This document shows, piece by piece, positions 45,258-64,000 of a DNA stretch of 64,000 nucleotides. Under the pieces are notes generated by a model that was not told the DNA's origin, searched no databases, and worked only from the letters and a program-made list of their open reading frames with translations. Positions within the stretch are counted from its first letter, which is position 1, and the number at the start of each line of letters is the position of its first letter. This stretch comes from Laetmonice hystrix (taxonomy: Eukaryota). Both the position numbers and the translations under genes were made by a program. The stretch spans positions 13,206,001-13,270,000 of the forward strand of contig OZ249438.1 of NCBI GenBank assembly GCA_965235115.1, in the 5' to 3' direction.

Positions 45258-46754
45258 AGATCATATTTCACGCTTTTAAAACCTGGATGACTATAAACTC
45301 TGACCCTGATTGTAACAGTCCCCGATTGTTTCAGTCTGACTACATTTAGAAGTTTCCTGTAAAAGCGACTTTTATAACCCATCGCGTTTCAGATTGCAAC
45401 TGGGTCATGACGTCAAAAGTGCCACCAGCAGCAGCAGCCGCCCTGGCATCAGTTGGTTCTCTATAGGCTTTATGCTTGGCTCAACTTGGCTGTCACCCCC
45501 TTACCTCGTTTATTTTTTGTTCTACCACAAATTTTTGAGTTTACCGCGATGGTTTCTTGTGCTTCAATTGGCTGCAGCAATATAGGTCGTCGTCTAGAAG
45601 AAGTTTTTTTTCAAATTTCCCGAGGATCCAAAGCTCGGCAAAGTGTGGATAGAGAAATGTAAGCGTGCGGCATGGACACCAACATCTTACTCCAGACTGT
45701 GCTCAGATCACTTTGGCTCGCAAGGGATGCATTCTCAGTTGATCCACTAGTTCTAAAGTCAGTTGGCTTCAAGCCTGGAAAAATCTACTTGATAAAGGAT
45801 GCTGTGCCAACCATCTTCACGTTTGCACAGAAGAATCCGAGACCCAGACGAAATCTGGCCCAACGAAAGCGCCAGAATTTCGAGGTAAAAGCTTATCATC
45901 ATACAGGATGTAGCTGTCTCAGTCAGTCAGGTTAGGCCTACACGGCGTTTGCCTGGTCAATAGTAAATCATTTAGGCAGGGCCCCGAAAGCTACATACCA
46001 GTAAATATATTATGAGGATGGAATGTTATTTGTTTGATGTATATTAGAATTAAACACCGCCCGTATGCACCCATGTTTTCTGGCCAGGAAGGGCACGCAT
46101 ATCACCTGTGTGTGTGTAGTGGGACGGAGCACTCAGCGGAGGACCGAGCACTCACTGCTGCCTGCTGCCCTCAGCGGGGTCAGTGTGTCACACCCCTCCC
46201 TGTCCCAGGGGAAATTCCCTGGTACTCGTAGACCTAATAGAAGCACTAGATTAGCTTATAGAATAACCTGTAGTATCCAAGATAAATCGAAATACAGTTA
46301 GTAGTCCTCTATGGTGACTCTGCCTTTATAGCACGCAGCCGAGACACCAGCTTCCCCAGTCGATTGACTCGATTCAGAAAAATTGTTCTCTTCTTGTACA
46401 TGATTGTGGGGCCTACATGGCTCATACATATATATCCCTGAATATGTAAGCTCAGATCAACCGTACCGTCTAGGCCTGTCTCATCGTTACTGGACATTTT
46501 CCAAGCTGTGTCAGTGTGTGTTACCAGCTCCAACAACAAGCCCAGGCCACTTTTGACGTCACACCGCCGCCTAGCAGCGTACATGTGAAAATCAGCTGCG
46601 ATGTGGGCCTCTTCGGAACGCGTTATATTTTCAGAAATCACATAAAAACAATTTTTCCGAGCTTGCAACTGAATAAACAGTAAAAATACATGGATATCTA
46701 ATCACCAGCACGTTGAAAACCCTAAAATAATGAGAAAAGGGTGCAATATGATCT
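45258..46754 (+). mobile_element. Kolobok-like deletion derivative carrying a THAP remnant
   Basis: TIR agatcatatttcac / gtgcaatatgatct (13/14 match); flanks ttga / ttaa; contains the THAP exon at 45549-45884. Confidence 0.7.
45549..45884 (+). pseudogene. Frameshifted THAP zinc-finger domain exon inside a TTAA transposon
   Basis: MVSCASIGCSN...(frameshift)FKFPEDPKLGKVWIEKCKRAAWTPTSYSRLCSDHF(frameshift)...LIKDAVPTIF: C2CH ligands plus the AVPTIF box; two frameshifts; ends at a GAG|gtaaaa donor. Confidence 0.8.
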
Positions 46755-48004
46755 TTAATAGACTGACCGGTTCTACACAAACGCTAGATGGCAGTCATGG
46801 GTTAATTTTAGTTTAACGTTATAACGCCAGGCGGCAGCAAAGAGGCTCCCTGTCATGCTTCCCGCCAGTAACTGTAGAGATCTAGGCAGTATACCACTAC
46901 CAGGTCCGTAAGTTTAGCCTAAACTTGCTGGCCTGCACGTGTGCAGGATTTTTCGCAAGGGGGGCCCGGGGTCGACACGTTAACAAAGCCTCACATCAGG
47001 AGCGCCGAAGGCCTAGACCATTAGATCTGTATCAGCCTATAAAAATAATTGCATGGGGGGCTCTGAGCAGAGGGCCGGGTTTCGACCCCCAAACCCCCTC
47101 CCCAGTTGCTGGGGGCAGATAATATATGTTCAGAAGGACACCCTGATCACAGGTTGTTTTGGGTGTGTGTAGCCTATCTATAGGCCTATAGCTGTAAACA
47201 CCCCCGGCCCCGAACCATGAAATAAATTCATGGCCTATGCCTATGGACAGCCTATGATCAAGGCTCCCCACCACACTATTTCTTTAACCCCCTGCATCAC
47301 CCTCTGGCTGCCCTACTGAAGGGTGTAGCCGGGGGGGGGGGGGTCCGGGTTGCCCGGAACCACCCCCCTCCCCCAAAAAAGCTTAAAAAAATAACTAAAT
47401 AGATCTATGAATTACTAATATTATGGTTGGGAACCCCCCAACCCCCCGCCATCTCAGTTGGACACCCCCCCCCCCCCATTATCTGAGTTCTGCCTACACC
47501 CTGCCAGTGCTCACAGGGAATTCCCGCCATTAAAAAAGGGCACTGCTCGTAAAAAGGCATGCAGTTTTTTGTGTGTGTGGTTTTTTTTTTTTTTTTTTTG
47601 TTTTTTTTTTTTTTGGGGGGGGGGGCTGTATACATGTAGTTCTGTTAGGTATTAAAAGAAAACAATTCTTGATTAAATGCCTATGACCACATCTATGCTA
47701 AGACTATAGGCATTGGGGGCACGTGACTCCCCCCCCCCCCCCCCCATCACCCCCTCCGGCAACAACCCCTCTGGAATGTATCCGCCCCTGATTAACTTCA
47801 CGTGACTTTCTATCTGGGTCTTTGTCTGGGTAGGCTCGAGCAACAACAGAGTAAAATCGAGAAAATGATAAATAAATCTGAATAGATTTTTATAACATTG
47901 GGGGGAAAAGAAAAGAAAATTAGCATCGCGACACCTGACGCTACGGACGCCGCCATGTTGCAGGTGCCCGTTGTCGTGATTGGTCAAAGCCAGATACCAC
48001 GTGA

Positions 48005-63972
<15,968 letters not shown>

Positions 63973-64000
63973 GTAAGGAATTGTTCGATTTCTCCAGTTT

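Overview
Eukaryotic (animal) genomic DNA with GT-AG introns. The organism is probably a non-vertebrate bilaterian, inferred from vertebrate-like intron positions and the transposon types. There are three protein-coding genes. (1) The 3' part of a classical calpain on + (exons 4109-25502: end of the C2-like domain, linker and complete penta-EF-hand domain; the catalytic exons are not seen and presumably lie upstream of the window). (2) A complete 4-exon laccase-like multicopper oxidase on - (39991-30141, about 749 aa, signal peptide, all copper ligands, C-terminal transmembrane anchor). (3) The 5' ~75% of an EML5/EML6-type microtubule-associated WD40 protein on + (48125 to beyond the window end, 26 exons). 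Introns and intergenic DNA are dense with non-autonomous DNA transposons (TTAA Kolobok-like, one carrying a broken THAP domain; Harbinger-like palindromic MITEs; a hAT element with a perfect 8-bp TSD) and minisatellites. The most striking observation is the 13-kb calpain linker intron. It holds at least seven symmetric phase-0/0, stop-free cassette exons (30-372 nt), including a large Gly-rich exon. With the in-frame ATG at 4131, this could let one locus build both a catalytic calpain and a Gly-rich + PEF protein with the architecture of the vertebrate calpain small subunit. All exon calls were made by hand from splice signals and reading frame, without transcript data.
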